64,000 bases of DNA from Mobula birostris (lineage: Eukaryota), in the NCBI RefSeq assembly GCF_030028105.1, contig NC_092370.1, forward strand, positions 75,442,098 to 75,506,097. Direction: 5' to 3'. A model generated the notes under the pieces. It was not told the origin of the DNA and ran no database searches. It worked only from the letters and a program-made list of their open reading frames with translations. The position numbers and the translations under genes were made by a program. Positions 11,875-23,970 of the stretch are shown here, piece after piece (position 1 is the stretch's first letter; the number at the start of each line of letters is the position of its first letter).

Positions 11875-13320
11875 AGAAGACTGGAATATAAAAGTGAGGC
11901 TGTACAAGGTGTTGATCAGATCTCATTTGGAATATTGTTAGCAATTTTGGCATTGCATCTAAAGAAAGACGTGTAGGCCCTGGAGAGGAAGTTTGAAGAG
12001 GGGATCCTATTGAGTCCTACTGATTAAAGGTCTGTATAGAGTGTACGTGGACGGATGTTTCCATCAGTAGGAGAGTCTAGGATCCAAGAACACAGACTCA
12101 GAATAGAGGGATGTTCCTTTAGAACTGAGATGAGGAACTTATTTGGCCAGAGGGTGGATCTGTAGAATCTGCTGCCACAGAGGGCCGTGGAGTCATTGAG
12201 ATTGATAGGTCCTTGATTGGTAAAGGGATTGATGAGGGTTACAGGGAGAAGGTGAGTGAATGGGGTTAAAAAGAAATCAGCCATTATTGAATGGCAGAGC
12301 AGACTTGATGAGCTAATTCTGATCCTGTATCTGATGGTCAGTTCACCGTTTAGTGGGGCAAGATTAGACAAAGCAATTAATCTGAATTCATTATTTCTGA
12401 GACCAGGTAGAAGTGTCTGAGTTAAGCCCACGTAGAGGCTGTACTGTGCTAACACACGCACATGTGGTGATTGATTGAACAGAGGATAGACAACACAGTT
12501 TTAGATGATTTCATTTTAAGAATGAGGATTTAAAAAGTCTAGGTAGTGTATTTAATAAGTTGGAGATGACACAAAAATTGGTAGAGCAGAGATAATGAAG
12601 AATGATTCAACAAGATGTAGATCAGTTGGAAATATGAGCAGAGAGATGGCAGATGGAGTCTAACCCAGACAAGTGTGAGGTGTTGCACTTTGGGAGGTCA
12701 AATATAAAGAAGAAGTAGACAGTAAACGGCAGGACCCTTAACAGCATTAATGTACAGGGTGATCTTGGGGTGCAAGTCCATAGCTTACTGAAGGTGGAAA
12801 CACAAGAAAATAGGTAGGTTGGTAAAGACACAGGGCATGGCTGCTTTCACTGGTTAGGCACAGAGTATAAAAGTCTGGAAGCCATCTGTATAAAATTTTG
12901 GTTAGGTTACATTTGGCTGTGTGCAGTTCTGTTTGCCCCGTAACAGGAAGGCTATGGAGGCTTAGGAGAAGATGCAGAAGAGGTTCATCAGGATGTTGCA
13001 TGGATTGAAGGACACTTGCTATAATGAGATACCGGGCAGATGTGGGTTGTTTTCACTGGAGCCTTGAAGGCTGAGGAGAGACCTAACAGAAGTTTATCAG
13101 ATTACGAAAGGCACAGATAGGGGAAATAGTCAGAATATTTTTTCCACAGTAGAAACATCAAGCAGTAGGAAGCAGAAGCTTAAGGTGTGAGGGGGAAGGT
13201 TTGAAGAATATTTACATGATTTTTTTATTGTTACATAGAGTGTGGTGTGTGCCTGGCAAGGCTGTCAGGGGAGGTGGTTGAGGCAGGTACAATAGTGATG
13301 TTTAAGATGGTGGATGAATA
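11875..13320 (+). mobile_element. Two CR1 RT/3' fragments (~11875-12335 and ~12560-13320)
   Basis: aagtgtgaggtgttgcactttgg, gatcttggggtgcaagtccatag and gcagaagaggttcatcaggatg CR1 hallmarks. Confidence 0.8.
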
Positions 13321-15004
13321 GTTTTGAGCAGAAGGTGCAGCTGATATAATTTTAACAGTTTCAAAGTGGTAGAACGGACAGAGGAGAGTGACTTCATTTT
13401 GTAAACTCAATCGTGCCATCACATAGCATGGAGGGAGACCGTTCATCACCATGAGATTACACCAACCAACGAGAATCCTCTTGTGGAAGGAATCCCACTG
13501 ATGGCCACAGAGTCTGATATGGAGAGAGGTCAAGGGGCATGAAGTTCAGAAGAAACTCCTACTCCTGTGGATCAGAGATCATGTAGCTCACTGACAGAGG
13601 TGAAGATCTGATGCATGCAGGAGAGGAATATTGACTACCTACATTCAAAGGCAGGGCAGGATGGATGTTTATGGCAGTCAGGGTTAGTAAAGAAGGGTGG
13701 GAGTCACCTTAACTGGAACATAACAATCAGACTCAAGTCTCTGCTTTTCACTTTATGGGAGGCTTTGCATTTAAAGTGGGGAAGGGAGGGGGCACTTTTT
13801 CCATCACAGATCAGTGCATACCCCGTTGGCAGCTTTACTCCCATGCTTTTGTCATGGGAGGCCATTCAGTGCATCCAGTCTATGCTAGCTCTCAGAGAAA
13901 TCCCATTCTCCCAGTTATTTCTCTAACCCCACTCTCCCTCAGATGTCCATCAATGGCCCCCAGATTACACCTCCCTTCTATACATGGCTGGGGGGAGGTT
14001 GGCAATTTAGAGTGGACAATTAAACCACCAACCCGCATAACAACTAAACAATAACCTCCCAATTCCTGCACTCTTTCACCACCCTGTCCTTGCACCAGTG
14101 AAAGTAGCCTATCCAGATAAATCATGGCTTGGTACGACAACTGCTCTGCCCAATACTTTACAGAGTTCTGGACACATGGAAACCAGCCTTCCTTCCCTGG
14201 ACTATCTATAACCTCTCCCATTCGGCAGACGGCCCAAAATTCTGAAAGCTCGTATGACCAGCCTCAAGGACAGTTTCTATCCTGCTATTATACTAAACAA
14301 TCTCCTAGTACAGTAAGATAGACAATTGACCTCACAATCTACTGTGTTATGGCCCTACACTCTATTGCTTACTTGCACTGTGCATTCTCTGTAACTGTAA
14401 CACTTTATTCTGCATTCTGTTATTGTTTTACCTTGTACTACCTCAATGTACTGAAGTAACGAATTGATTTGTATGAACTTTACACATGACAAGTTTTTCA
14501 CTGTACCTTGCTACATATAACAATCATAAATCAATTTACAGAACTATGAAGAAGTGTAAGACACATATATATAGCTGGACTGCCCAAGACTTTTGCACAG
14601 TGCTGTAGTAATTTTATGTATTGCACCGTACTGCTGCTGCTGTAAAAACCCTGAAATTTCATGACCTATGTGAGTGATGGTAAACCTGATTCTGATTTGG
14701 GTCTCTATTGTGGACTGAGAGTAGGAAGGGGTCAGGGAGAGGGGAATTATGGTAGAGAAAAGGGGAAGGGACAGGACAAACAGCAAGAAGCTACAGACAG
14801 ACATTCTGTAATGATTAATAAATCAATTGTTTGGAATCAAATGGCCTTTGCCTGGTGTTTCAGGGATGGGTGTGTCTGTACCCATACCACCCCCGCCAGT
14901 GGCACCCTTCCTCTGCCACCTGTCCCACACCCCTCCTGTGTCATTCCCAGTACCCTTTGCTCCCGCCAGATTTACAAACTCGTTCTCTGCTCCATGTTGA
15001 CAAA

Positions 15005-15077
15005 TACAGAGCTGTGCAAAAGTCTGAGGCACTCTGGGTAGATAGATCGACCTCCAAGACCTTTGCACAGTACTGTA
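15005..15077. mobile_element. Tc1/mariner-type mini-MITE (palindromic)
   Basis: tacagagctgtgcaaaagtct ... agacctttgcacagtactgta imperfect terminal inverted repeats with TA ends; a half copy at ~14580-14607. Confidence 0.6.
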
Positions 15078-15128
15078 TGATCTATAATGGTGAGTGTCTC
15101 AATGTTTGCAGATTGTTGTCTCTCTTAC

Positions 15129-15227
15129 TTTGGTCGATAGCTCTGTCGAGGCCCCATACTCCAACAGGAATTTCACAATCGCATTGTTCCCTTGTTGAGC
15201 AGCAAAGTACAGAGCAGTGGAGCCTGA
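15129..15227 (-). CDS. ANKRD29: ANKRD29 coding exon 4 (SGSTALYFAAQQGNNAIVKFLLEYGASTELSTK)
   Basis: 99 nt between ctcctcag and gtaaga; matches recalled human SGTTALFFAAQQGHNDVVRFLFGFGASTEFRTK; not in the ORF track. Confidence 0.94.
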
Positions 15228-15390
15228 CTGAGGAGATAAAAGGGAATTAATTCACTCAACATGAAGCACCTCCCACTCCCCATCATCACTGTCAACATGT
15301 GCTGGGTGAATCATCTTCCTTCCAGTTGCAAGTGCTAACTTAATTTTGTGCCGACGGATTATTTCCTCACACCCAGCCATGTCCTCTAAA

Positions 15391-15441
15391 TTTCCTGGGA
15401 ATGTCCTGGGAATTTCCTGGGAACGTCCTGGGAATTTCCTG
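15391..15441. repeat. 11-bp tandem repeat, ~4.5 copies, made of kB-like sites
   Basis: tttcctgggaatgtcctgggaatttcctgggaacgtcctgggaatttcctg. Confidence 0.9.
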
Positions 15442-15648
15442 AGATTCGGCCATAACTCTGGCAGAAGATCAGGAACCAGGCTGTCACCTGATCTGCCTGC
15501 AGCCCATCAGAGGAAAATCAGTTTCTGATGCTCAGCCATTGTACATGGAACCCACGAACTCCCCAGACCTTCCTCCATATTAATGTAATCTGCATTTCCT
15601 TGTATGTCTGGCTTCTACTGTGCAGCTGAGCCTGGGTGAAGTTCCTCG

Positions 15649-15750
15649 CCACTCATACCCCAACACCCCACGGGAAACTTTCACCACTCATACCTCAACA
15701 CCCCACGGGGAACTTTCACCAGTCATACCTCAACATCCCACGGGAAACTT
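15649..15750. repeat. 35-bp minisatellite, 3 copies
   Basis: Unit ccactcatacctcaacaccccacgggaaactttca starting at 15649, 15684 and 15719. Confidence 0.9.
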
Positions 15751-17415
15751 AACCCTGGACTTTTGCCAGCACCAGAAACTGCTTTTGGTTGAAAAAAAAT
15801 CCCACATATTCTGTCAAACCTGAAAGCACATATGACCAGGCTCGAGGACAGCTTCTACCCTCCTATTATAAGACTATTGAATGGAACTCTTTACACTCAA
15901 GAGGAACATCTTATCTCACAACCTACCTCATTGTGGCCCTTGTTCATCATTGTTAGCCTGCACTACACCATCTCTGTAACTGTAACACCCTATTCTGCAA
16001 TCTGCTACGGCTTTTCCTTGTACTACCTGAATGCACCTTCGTGATGAAATTATCTGTATGGATGGAATGCAAAACAAGAGTCTCAGCCCAAAACGTTGAC
16101 TATTTATTCATTTTCATAGATGCTGCCTGACCTGCTGAACCCCTCCAGCATTTTGTGTGTGTTGCTTTGGATTTCCAGCATCTGCAGACTTCCTCGTGTT
16201 TATGAACCTATGACGTGTCTCCAGTGTCTGAAGGTCAGCTCTCCATTTACTCCCAGGACAACTGGCTTTTTAAAAAAAAAACAGGATTGCTTTTCCCAAC
16301 ATAAAATTACCTGAAAGAGGCAGTCACAGCCAGACTGTATTCTCTGAGGGTGAATCTGCAGCTCACAGCAACCTGTCCTGTGGTCTGCACTTTGCACAAG
16401 CTTGCCCCTGAGCTAGTAGGCCTTCCTTCTCCACACCAAATTCCAGCAGGGGATCTTCTCCTCCTATTGGATGGTGCAGATATGGAGTGGGATATCAAAG
16501 GCAGCTACAGGAACCAGGGGAAAGGTCATTTTCACCCCAGGACCTACACTGAGGGCAGGCTTCTGTACCTCAATACAGTTAAGGCTCCTGCCATTAACTG
16601 TGTACTTTCTCTTTACATTTGATCTCCCAAAGTACATATCACACTTGTCTGGATGAACCTCAGTTTGCCATTTCTTTGCCTATATCTGCAACTGATCTTT
16701 ATCTCACAATATACTTTGACAATATTTTTTATTACCTACAACACCACCACCCTGCAAATTTACTGTGTATTGTACGTATCACAAATAGCAGAGGTCGCAT
16801 TATGAATCCCTATGGATTCATTTTATTTTTTAATATTATAATGTTGTAACTGTATGTTTTTCTCCTGTCTCAATTACATGTGCTATATGTGCTGCGTACT
16901 GTGTGTGACTGTCGGTTCTTGCTTTGCACCTTGGGCCCAGAGGGACGCTGTTTTGTTTGGTTTTATTCATGTGTTTGGTTGAATGACAATTAAATTTGAT
17001 TTTGAACTGTTGAACACCATTAGTCACAGACTTCTAGCCAGAATAAGACCCTTCTAACATTACCCTGTGGTCAATGGGCAAGCCAATATGAATCTGAATC
17101 CAAATGGCCAACGACTGTGAATCCCATGCACCTCAACCTTCTGGATGAACCTCCTATGAGGGACCTAGTCAAATGTCTTACTAAAGTCCATGTAGACAAC
17201 ATCCATTGCTCTACCTTTCTCAACTCCTCAGAAAACTCAATCGTATGGTTTTGAAAGTCCAATCACTTCACCACCCTTCCCCCAGTTCAAGACCAGCAAA
17301 ACTGGTCATTGTATGGCTGAAAACAACTCCAACTATGTTGAACCTTGTTCTCACTCTCCATTTTACCCAGTTACATTCCCGTTTTGGGATACGTCTGCCC
17401 AGTAGTACGCATTAC

Positions 17416-17514
17416 CTCCCTTTGGATGTTAATGCCTGCTCCCTGTAGGATCAGCTCCCGAACACAGTCCATGTGATTGCAGTATGAAGCCACCATCAGA
17501 GCGGTTGTCCCAAG
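17416..17514 (-). CDS. ANKRD29: ANKRD29 coding exon 3 (LGTTALMVASYCNHMDCVRELILQGAGINIQRE)
   Basis: 99 nt between ttgacag and gtaatg; matches recalled human HGTTLLMVAAYAGHIDCVRELVLQGADINLQRE; not in the ORF track. Confidence 0.95.
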
Positions 17515-17678
17515 CTGTCAACGAGAAAATATTGCTGATGATCAGGATCAGTTACAGTCTGGGCCACTTACTGATACAGGACGTGCAGTGAAAAGTGTCT
17601 GCAGTTTGAAGGCTGTGCTGTGAAGCCCCCCCCGCCCCCATGATGATCGCAGGATACACACGCATTCGAAAAGCATAC

Positions 17679-17789
17679 ACTGTCTCTGCAGTCTGCATCT
17701 GTTCGACCACTGTTTAGAAGCAGCCTCAACAGGGTGGCATTTCCTTTCCGTGCCGTCCAGAACACAGCGTTTGCAAGTGGCATTTCCCT
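17679..17789 (-). CDS. ANKRD29: ANKRD29 coding exon 2 (REMPLANAVFWTARKGNATLLRLLLNSGRTDADCRDS)
   Basis: 111 nt between ttccaacag and gtatgc; matches recalled human KETPLANAAFWAARRGNLALLKLLLNSGRVDVDCRDS. Confidence 0.95.
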
Positions 17790-17844
17790 CTGTTGGAAAA
17801 TTACAGGTTCAGTTTCAGTACTGAAATAGATAAAACATACAGTG

Positions 17845-18460
17845 GAACAGTACAGCACAGAAACAGGCCCTTGGGCTCACAATGTTCTGCTGAACTAACT
17901 ACCATACATTAGTAATCAAATATCTAACCAGACTAATCCCTTCTGTCCATATCCCCCCATTCTCTACAATTTCATGTGCCTACATGAGAGTCTCTTGAAC
18001 GTTTCTATTGTATCTGCTTCAACCACAACCCCAGGCACCCACCACTCTGTGTAAAAACTTACCCTTCACGTCTCCTTTCAACTTACCCCCTCTCACTTTA
18101 AATGCATGCCCTCTGGTATTAATCATGGAAAAAATCTATTGGCTCTCTACCCTGTCTATGCCTCTCATAATCTTATAAACCTTTATTAGGTTCCCCTCAG
18201 TCTCCACTGCTCCAGAGAAAACAACCCAAGTATATCCATCTTCTCCTTATAGCTCATGCCCTCTAATCCAGGAAACATACTGGTGAACCTCTTCTGCACC
18301 CTCTCCAAAGCTCCCATATCCTTCCTATATTGGAGTGGGGGGAACCAGATCTGAATGCAGTACTCCAGATCTGGACTAACTAGAGCTTTATAAAGCTGCA
18401 AGATAACTTCTTAACTCTTGAACTTAGTACCTTGGCTAATAAGGCAGCTTGCCATATGCT
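17845..18460 (-). mobile_element. CR1 3' fragment
   Basis: LQLYKALV.PDLEYCIQ.W.P..YRKD..ALERVQKRFT in ORF 18186-18401. Confidence 0.9.
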
Positions 18461-19779
18461 TTTCATCACTATAATACAATAGCGAATTAAAACGGACTTG
18501 AATCACCTTGGAATTGAGGATACAGCAAATCAGTTTCCAGTTGCCTGTGTCATCAGCTTTTTAACATGCAGGTTTGTTTTTAAGTGCATTAGTGATTAGT
18601 GCCACGTTAGAAATCAGAGCAAGACCTGGATTACTCTGAAAACAGCAAGCACTCATGGAGCACCAACCCCTCCACCACAGTTTCTGTCTACACTTGCCGC
18701 TGCTTCAGCAAAGTAGCCAGCATAATCTAAAACCCCATACACAGCAGATATTCTCTCTTCTCCCCTCCTATCAGGAAGAAAAAACAAAAGCCCAAAAGCA
18801 CATACCATTAAACTCAAGGACACCTTCCAGCACACCCCACTGTTAAAAAACTATTGAATGATCCCCTAGATTGATGAAATGGACTCCCAACCTCACAATT
18901 TAACTTGTTATGGCCCCTACACTTTTCTGTCTATGTGCACTGCACTTTCTCTATAACACTTTATTCTGCATTGCGTTACTGCTTTTCCTTTTGATGTTTT
19001 GAAGTGGGCTATCTGGATGGCAGGTAAACGAAAGCTATTCTTGACGTGCAAGGCAAAAGTAAGCCTTCGGTACATCCGCAGTCCATCCTTGATCCCTGTT
19101 ATCCTACCAATGTAGACTGAAGTTCAGGTTATACAGGGCAGAGACAGGTTGAATGAATGGGAATGAAGGTGACAGAGGATTCTACAGATGGAGAGCATCC
19201 TGACTGGTTGCATCACAGCCTGTAACAGGAATCCCAACCACAGGAGCACAAGAGGCTGCAGAGAGTAGAGGGCACAGCCCAATCCATCACAGGCACAGCT
19301 CTCCCTACCACTGACAGCATCGATGGAGAGCGCTTCCTCAAGAAGGCAGCATCATCAAAGATCCCCACCATCCAGACTATGCCAAAGGTACCATCAAGCA
19401 GGAGGTACAGAAGTCCCCCTTCAGTTATTGGGTTCTTGAGCCTACCTGCACAACCTACCTCAGCAGCGGAACCCTATTGACCAGCTCTTTCACTAACTAG
19501 GACTTGTGTCTGATTGTGTCTTTTTTACACATTTTTCACATTTCTTTTCTCTTCTCTTACATGTATAATTTAACTACAATTTATGTTTTGTGCATCTTCT
19601 TTACTCCCTCTCCACTTGCGCTGTCCCATTCATGGGACTATGGGCTTCATCCCCAGACTCTGACATTTGCAACCCCCTCTTCCATCAGATCGACAGATGG
19701 GCCCGGCAATTCTGCCCACACTGATATCCCTGTACAGCCTAGCCCCGAAGTCCTCACGCTCTGGCTTGTCCCCACCGCC

Positions 19780-20410
19780 TCACGCAACACGCAATGTAAC
19801 CGCAGCAGCAGCGTGAAACACGCAATGCGAACGCGATACCGCACCAACCCCCGGGAACCCGCAGCAAACCCCCCCAACCCAACCCAACCCACCCCACAGT
19901 GAATCCGCAACGGCCTCAGGGACCCGCAATGAACTCTTAGCGACCCCAAGGACACGCATCATGGGTTGAAAGCGCAGATGCTCCACTAACGGCAGCTGCT
20001 GAAAGGTCCGTAACTTGAGGCTGTGCTGCCAGCCATCCAGAACACGCAGCATTACCTTGAAAGACATGATGTCGCAATCCGCCGGGCAGTGTCGGGGACG
20101 CGGAGGCCGGCTCCCGCACCCGTACTGTCAGCGACAGCAACCCGCGCGCGTCCCCGACCGCTCCAGCCCAGAGCGCATCTCCGGCACCCACTCCACACTG
20201 GAACGCGACTCCGAGGTTCATTGGAACCCAGGCAGCGCGTCCCCGACACATACTCGAGCAGACGAGCTCGCCCCCGACTCCACCCGAAATCGTTGCGTGT
20301 GCACCAACACTCCGTTGCGGGTAGGCGACACTTGCTGCACCGGGAAGCGCGCTCCCGCCGCCACACCGGGGACGCGCTAGGCTCGCTCCCGACGGCCCCA
20401 TCACGATTGG
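19780..20410 (-). promoter_or_regulatory. CpG island / ANKRD29 promoter and exon 1 region
   Basis: Locally CpG-dense against a CpG-poor background; spans the start codon; CCAAT on the minus strand at 20406-20410. Confidence 0.75.
20056..20067 (-). CDS. ANKRD29: ANKRD29 coding exon 1 (MSFK)
   Basis: ATG TCT TTC AAG then gtaatg, inside the CpG island; matches recalled human (MCR)MSFK exon 1 and is in phase with exon 2. Confidence 0.88.
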
Positions 20411-21339
20411 TCAGAACAGTTTGGAACTCTGTGTACAGTCTGGGTAGGCAGGTAATACAGGACATAGACTAGCGCAGGAACAGGCCATTCGGCCCACAGT
20501 GTCTGTGCCGACCATGATGTTAACCTAACTCATCCCTTTTACAGGGTCTATATCCTTCCATTCCCTGCCTATTCATGTGTCTAGCTGACTCTTACTCTCA
20601 CTAAAATATTTGCTTTCATTGCTACCCTTGGTAGCCATTATTCTCTGTGTAAAAAAAAACTTGCTCCACACGTCTCCTTTAAACTCCTCCCCCTCCTTAA
20701 ATTGTAAACTGTAAATTGATTTATTATTGCCACATGTGCCAAGGTACAGTAAAAAAGATTGTTTTCCTTGCCATCCATACAGATAATCCTTCTGACCAAC
20801 AGACTGCAGTCAGTAAGGATAGGTAGCAATACCTCGAGTCACACTTATTCTAAACACCGGTGCTCCACAGCCCCCTACTCTTCTCCCTGTACACTGACGA
20901 CTTCACAAGTTTGAAGCTGATACCACAGTAGTGGGCTACATATCAAATAAATTATAAGTCTGAGTACAGGGAAGTGATAGAGAGCTTAGTGACAAGGTGG
21001 CATGACAACAATGTCTACAAAATAATAGAGCTGGAGATTGACTTCAGAAAGGGAGGTGGAGGTGTGGTTCACATGCTCCTGTCTACAACAATGTTTACTG
21101 ATGCACCATAGAAAACATTCTACCTGCATGTAAGATGGCCTTGAATAGGCCTCTTGTGTGATAAGATGAACTCTTGGCCTCACAACCTAGCTCACTATTA
21201 TCTTGTACTTTATTGTTTACCTACACTGGATTTTTCCAGTAGCTTTTACACATTATCCTGTGTTGTTATTGTTTTACCTTAATCTAGCTCCATGTGCTGT
21301 ATAATGATTTGATCTCTATAAACAATATGCAAGACACTG

Positions 21340-23510
21340 TATCTTTGACCTATAATGTTGTGCTGACCATTTAATCTTCTCTAAGATCAATTTAACCCTT
21401 CCCCCCACATAACCTTCCATTCTTCTTTTATCCATGTGCCCATCTAAGAGTCTCTTAAATGTCCCTAATGTATCTGCTTCTACTACCACCCTGGCAGTGC
21501 ATTTTACACACCCACTACTCTCCGTGTAAAAATTACATCTGACATCCCCCACATACTTTCCTCCAATCACCTTGAAATTATGCCCTCTTGTATTAGCTAT
21601 TTACACCTTGATACAAAGGTGCGGGCTGTCCATTCTTTCTATGTCTCATATTATCTTGTACATCCTTATCAGGTCACCTCTTATACTCCTTCACTCAAAA
21701 GAGACAAACCCTAGCTCACTCAACCTTTCCTCATAAAACACTCTCTCTAATCCAGGCAGTATCCTGGTAAGTCTCCTCTGCACCCTCTCTAAAGCTTCCA
21801 GAACCCTCCTATAATGGGATGACCAGGACTGAACACAATACTCCAAGTTTGGTCTAACTAGAGTCTTATAGAGTTGCAGCATTACCTTGTGGCTCTTGAA
21901 CTCAATCCCTGAACTAATGAAAGCCAACATATCATACACATCCTATCCACCCTATCAGCCTGTGCTGCTATGGTCAAGGACCCCAAGATCCATTTGTTCT
22001 CCCACATTGCTGAGAATCTTGCCATTAACCTTGTATTCTGCCATTCACACTTTTCCGGAATGGTCTTCACCCACCAATTCTCAGCCCAGTTCTGTATCCT
22101 ATCAGTGGCCAATTATAACCTATGACAACCTTCTGCACTATCCACAACACCACCAACCTTTGTGTCATCCACAAACTTACCTCCCCACCTTTCGGGTTCC
22201 CATTAGGGGTCTCAGAACAGATCCATGCAGAACACCACTTGTCCCTGACCTCCAGGCAGAATACGCATCATCTACTACAACCCTCTGCCTTTTGTAGGCA
22301 AGCCAATTCTGAATCCATGCAGCCACATTTCCCTGGAACACATGCCTCTTGACTTTCTGAGTGAGTCTGCCATGGGGAACCTTGTCAAATGCCTCACTAA
22401 AATGTATATAAACCGCATAAACTGATCTGCCTTCATCAACTTATTTTGCCACTTCCTCAAAGAATTCAATCAGTCTTGTGAGGCATGACCTGCCCCTCAC
22501 AAAGCCATGTGGACTAATTCTAATCAGACTATGTTTCTTCAATGTTTGTAAATCCTGTTTCTAAGAATTCTCTCCAATAGTTTGCCAACACTGACATAAA
22601 ATTCACTGGTCTATAATTTCCAGCGTTATCCCTAATGCTTTCCTTGAACAAAGGAATAACATTTGCCACCCTCCAGTCTTCTGGTGCTACTCCTGTGGCT
22701 AGTGAGGGTGCAAAGATCATCACTAAAGGCACAGCAAACTCTTCCCTCATTTCCTGTAGTGACCCTGAGTATGTTTTGTATAGCCTTTGAAAAGCTCTAG
22801 CACATTCTCTTTCTTAACATTGGCAAGTTCCAGCATATCAGCCTGCTCTACACTGATATCACATTTGACAAGATCCCTCTCTCTGAATACTGAAGCAAAG
22901 TATTCATTGTAGACCTCCCCTACCTCCTTCAACTCCAGGCACAGGTTTCCTCTTCTATCCCTGATCGGTCCTACTCTCAATCTAGTGTAGATTGTGTGGA
23001 ACGTATGTGTAGAATGCCTTGGGGTTTTCCTTAAACCTACTCACTACGGGCTTCTCAATTCCCCATCTAGTTCTCCAAAGTCCATTGTCAAGCTCCTTTC
23101 TGGCCACCTTGTAACTCTCAAGAGCCCTTGCTTCCTAAACATTACGAATGTTTCTTTCTTCCTTTTGACTAGATGTTCCACATCTCTTGCCAACCATGGT
23201 TCCTTCACCCAACAAATGGAACATACCTATCCAGAACACCATGCAAGTGCCCTCTAAGCACCTTCCACATTTCCATTGTGCATTTCCCTGTGTACCTCCA
23301 GTTCCAATTTACATTGCTAAGATCCTGCCTAATAGCATCACAATTATCCTCCGCCAGAGCACTGTTCTCATCCCTGTCAAGGTCTATGGTAAATGTCAGG
23401 GAGTTGTGGTCACTGTCTCTGAAATGTTCACGCACTGAGAGATCTGGTTCATTGCCTAGTGTGGCCTTTCCTCTAGTCAGCCTGTTTACATATTGCGTCG
23501 GGAATCCTTC
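21340..23510 (-). mobile_element. CR1 LINE, ORF2 (end of endonuclease through RT to 3' UTR), decayed
   Basis: PEDWRVANVIPLFK..GNYRPV, MLQLYKTLVRPNLEYCVQ.WS and EHFRDSDHNSLTF in the ORF track. Confidence 0.92.
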
Positions 23511-23774
23511 TTGAACATAAAGCATAGAACAGTACAGCACAGGAACTGGCCCTTCAGCCCACAAAGTTCAAAATGCAAAATACATTTATTATCAAACCAT
23601 GTATACTGTATAAAACCTTGAGAATCACAAAACAAAGAAACGCAATAAATCCACAAAAAAACCCGCAACACAAAGACTGTCAAACATTCAATGTGCGATA
23701 GAGAACAAATCATGCAAACTATTAAAAACAAAGTGAACACGTAACGACAGAACGTGAAAGTGAGTCCACAGTTG

Positions 23775-23970
23775 CAGAGTCAGTTCAGTGTTAAAGCGAG
23801 CTGAGTAAAGCCGGTCCAGGAGCCCAATGGCTACAGGCCACAGCCACAGAGTCAGTTCAGTGCTGATCCAAGTGAAGCTGATCCAAGAGCTCGATGGCCA
23901 CAGGCTACAGCCACAGAGTCAGTTCAGTGCTGAGACGAGTGAAGCCGGTCCAGGAGTCCAATGGCTGCAG
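23775..23970. repeat. Imperfect ~70-bp tandem triplication
   Basis: cagagtcagttcagtg...aagccggtccaggagcccaatggc recurring at ~23775, ~23847 and ~23913. Confidence 0.75.

Noticed and set aside
19937-20472. Overlapping 120-155-aa ORFs on both strands
   Set aside because: Expected from stop-codon depletion in the GC-rich CpG island; no recognisable protein features.
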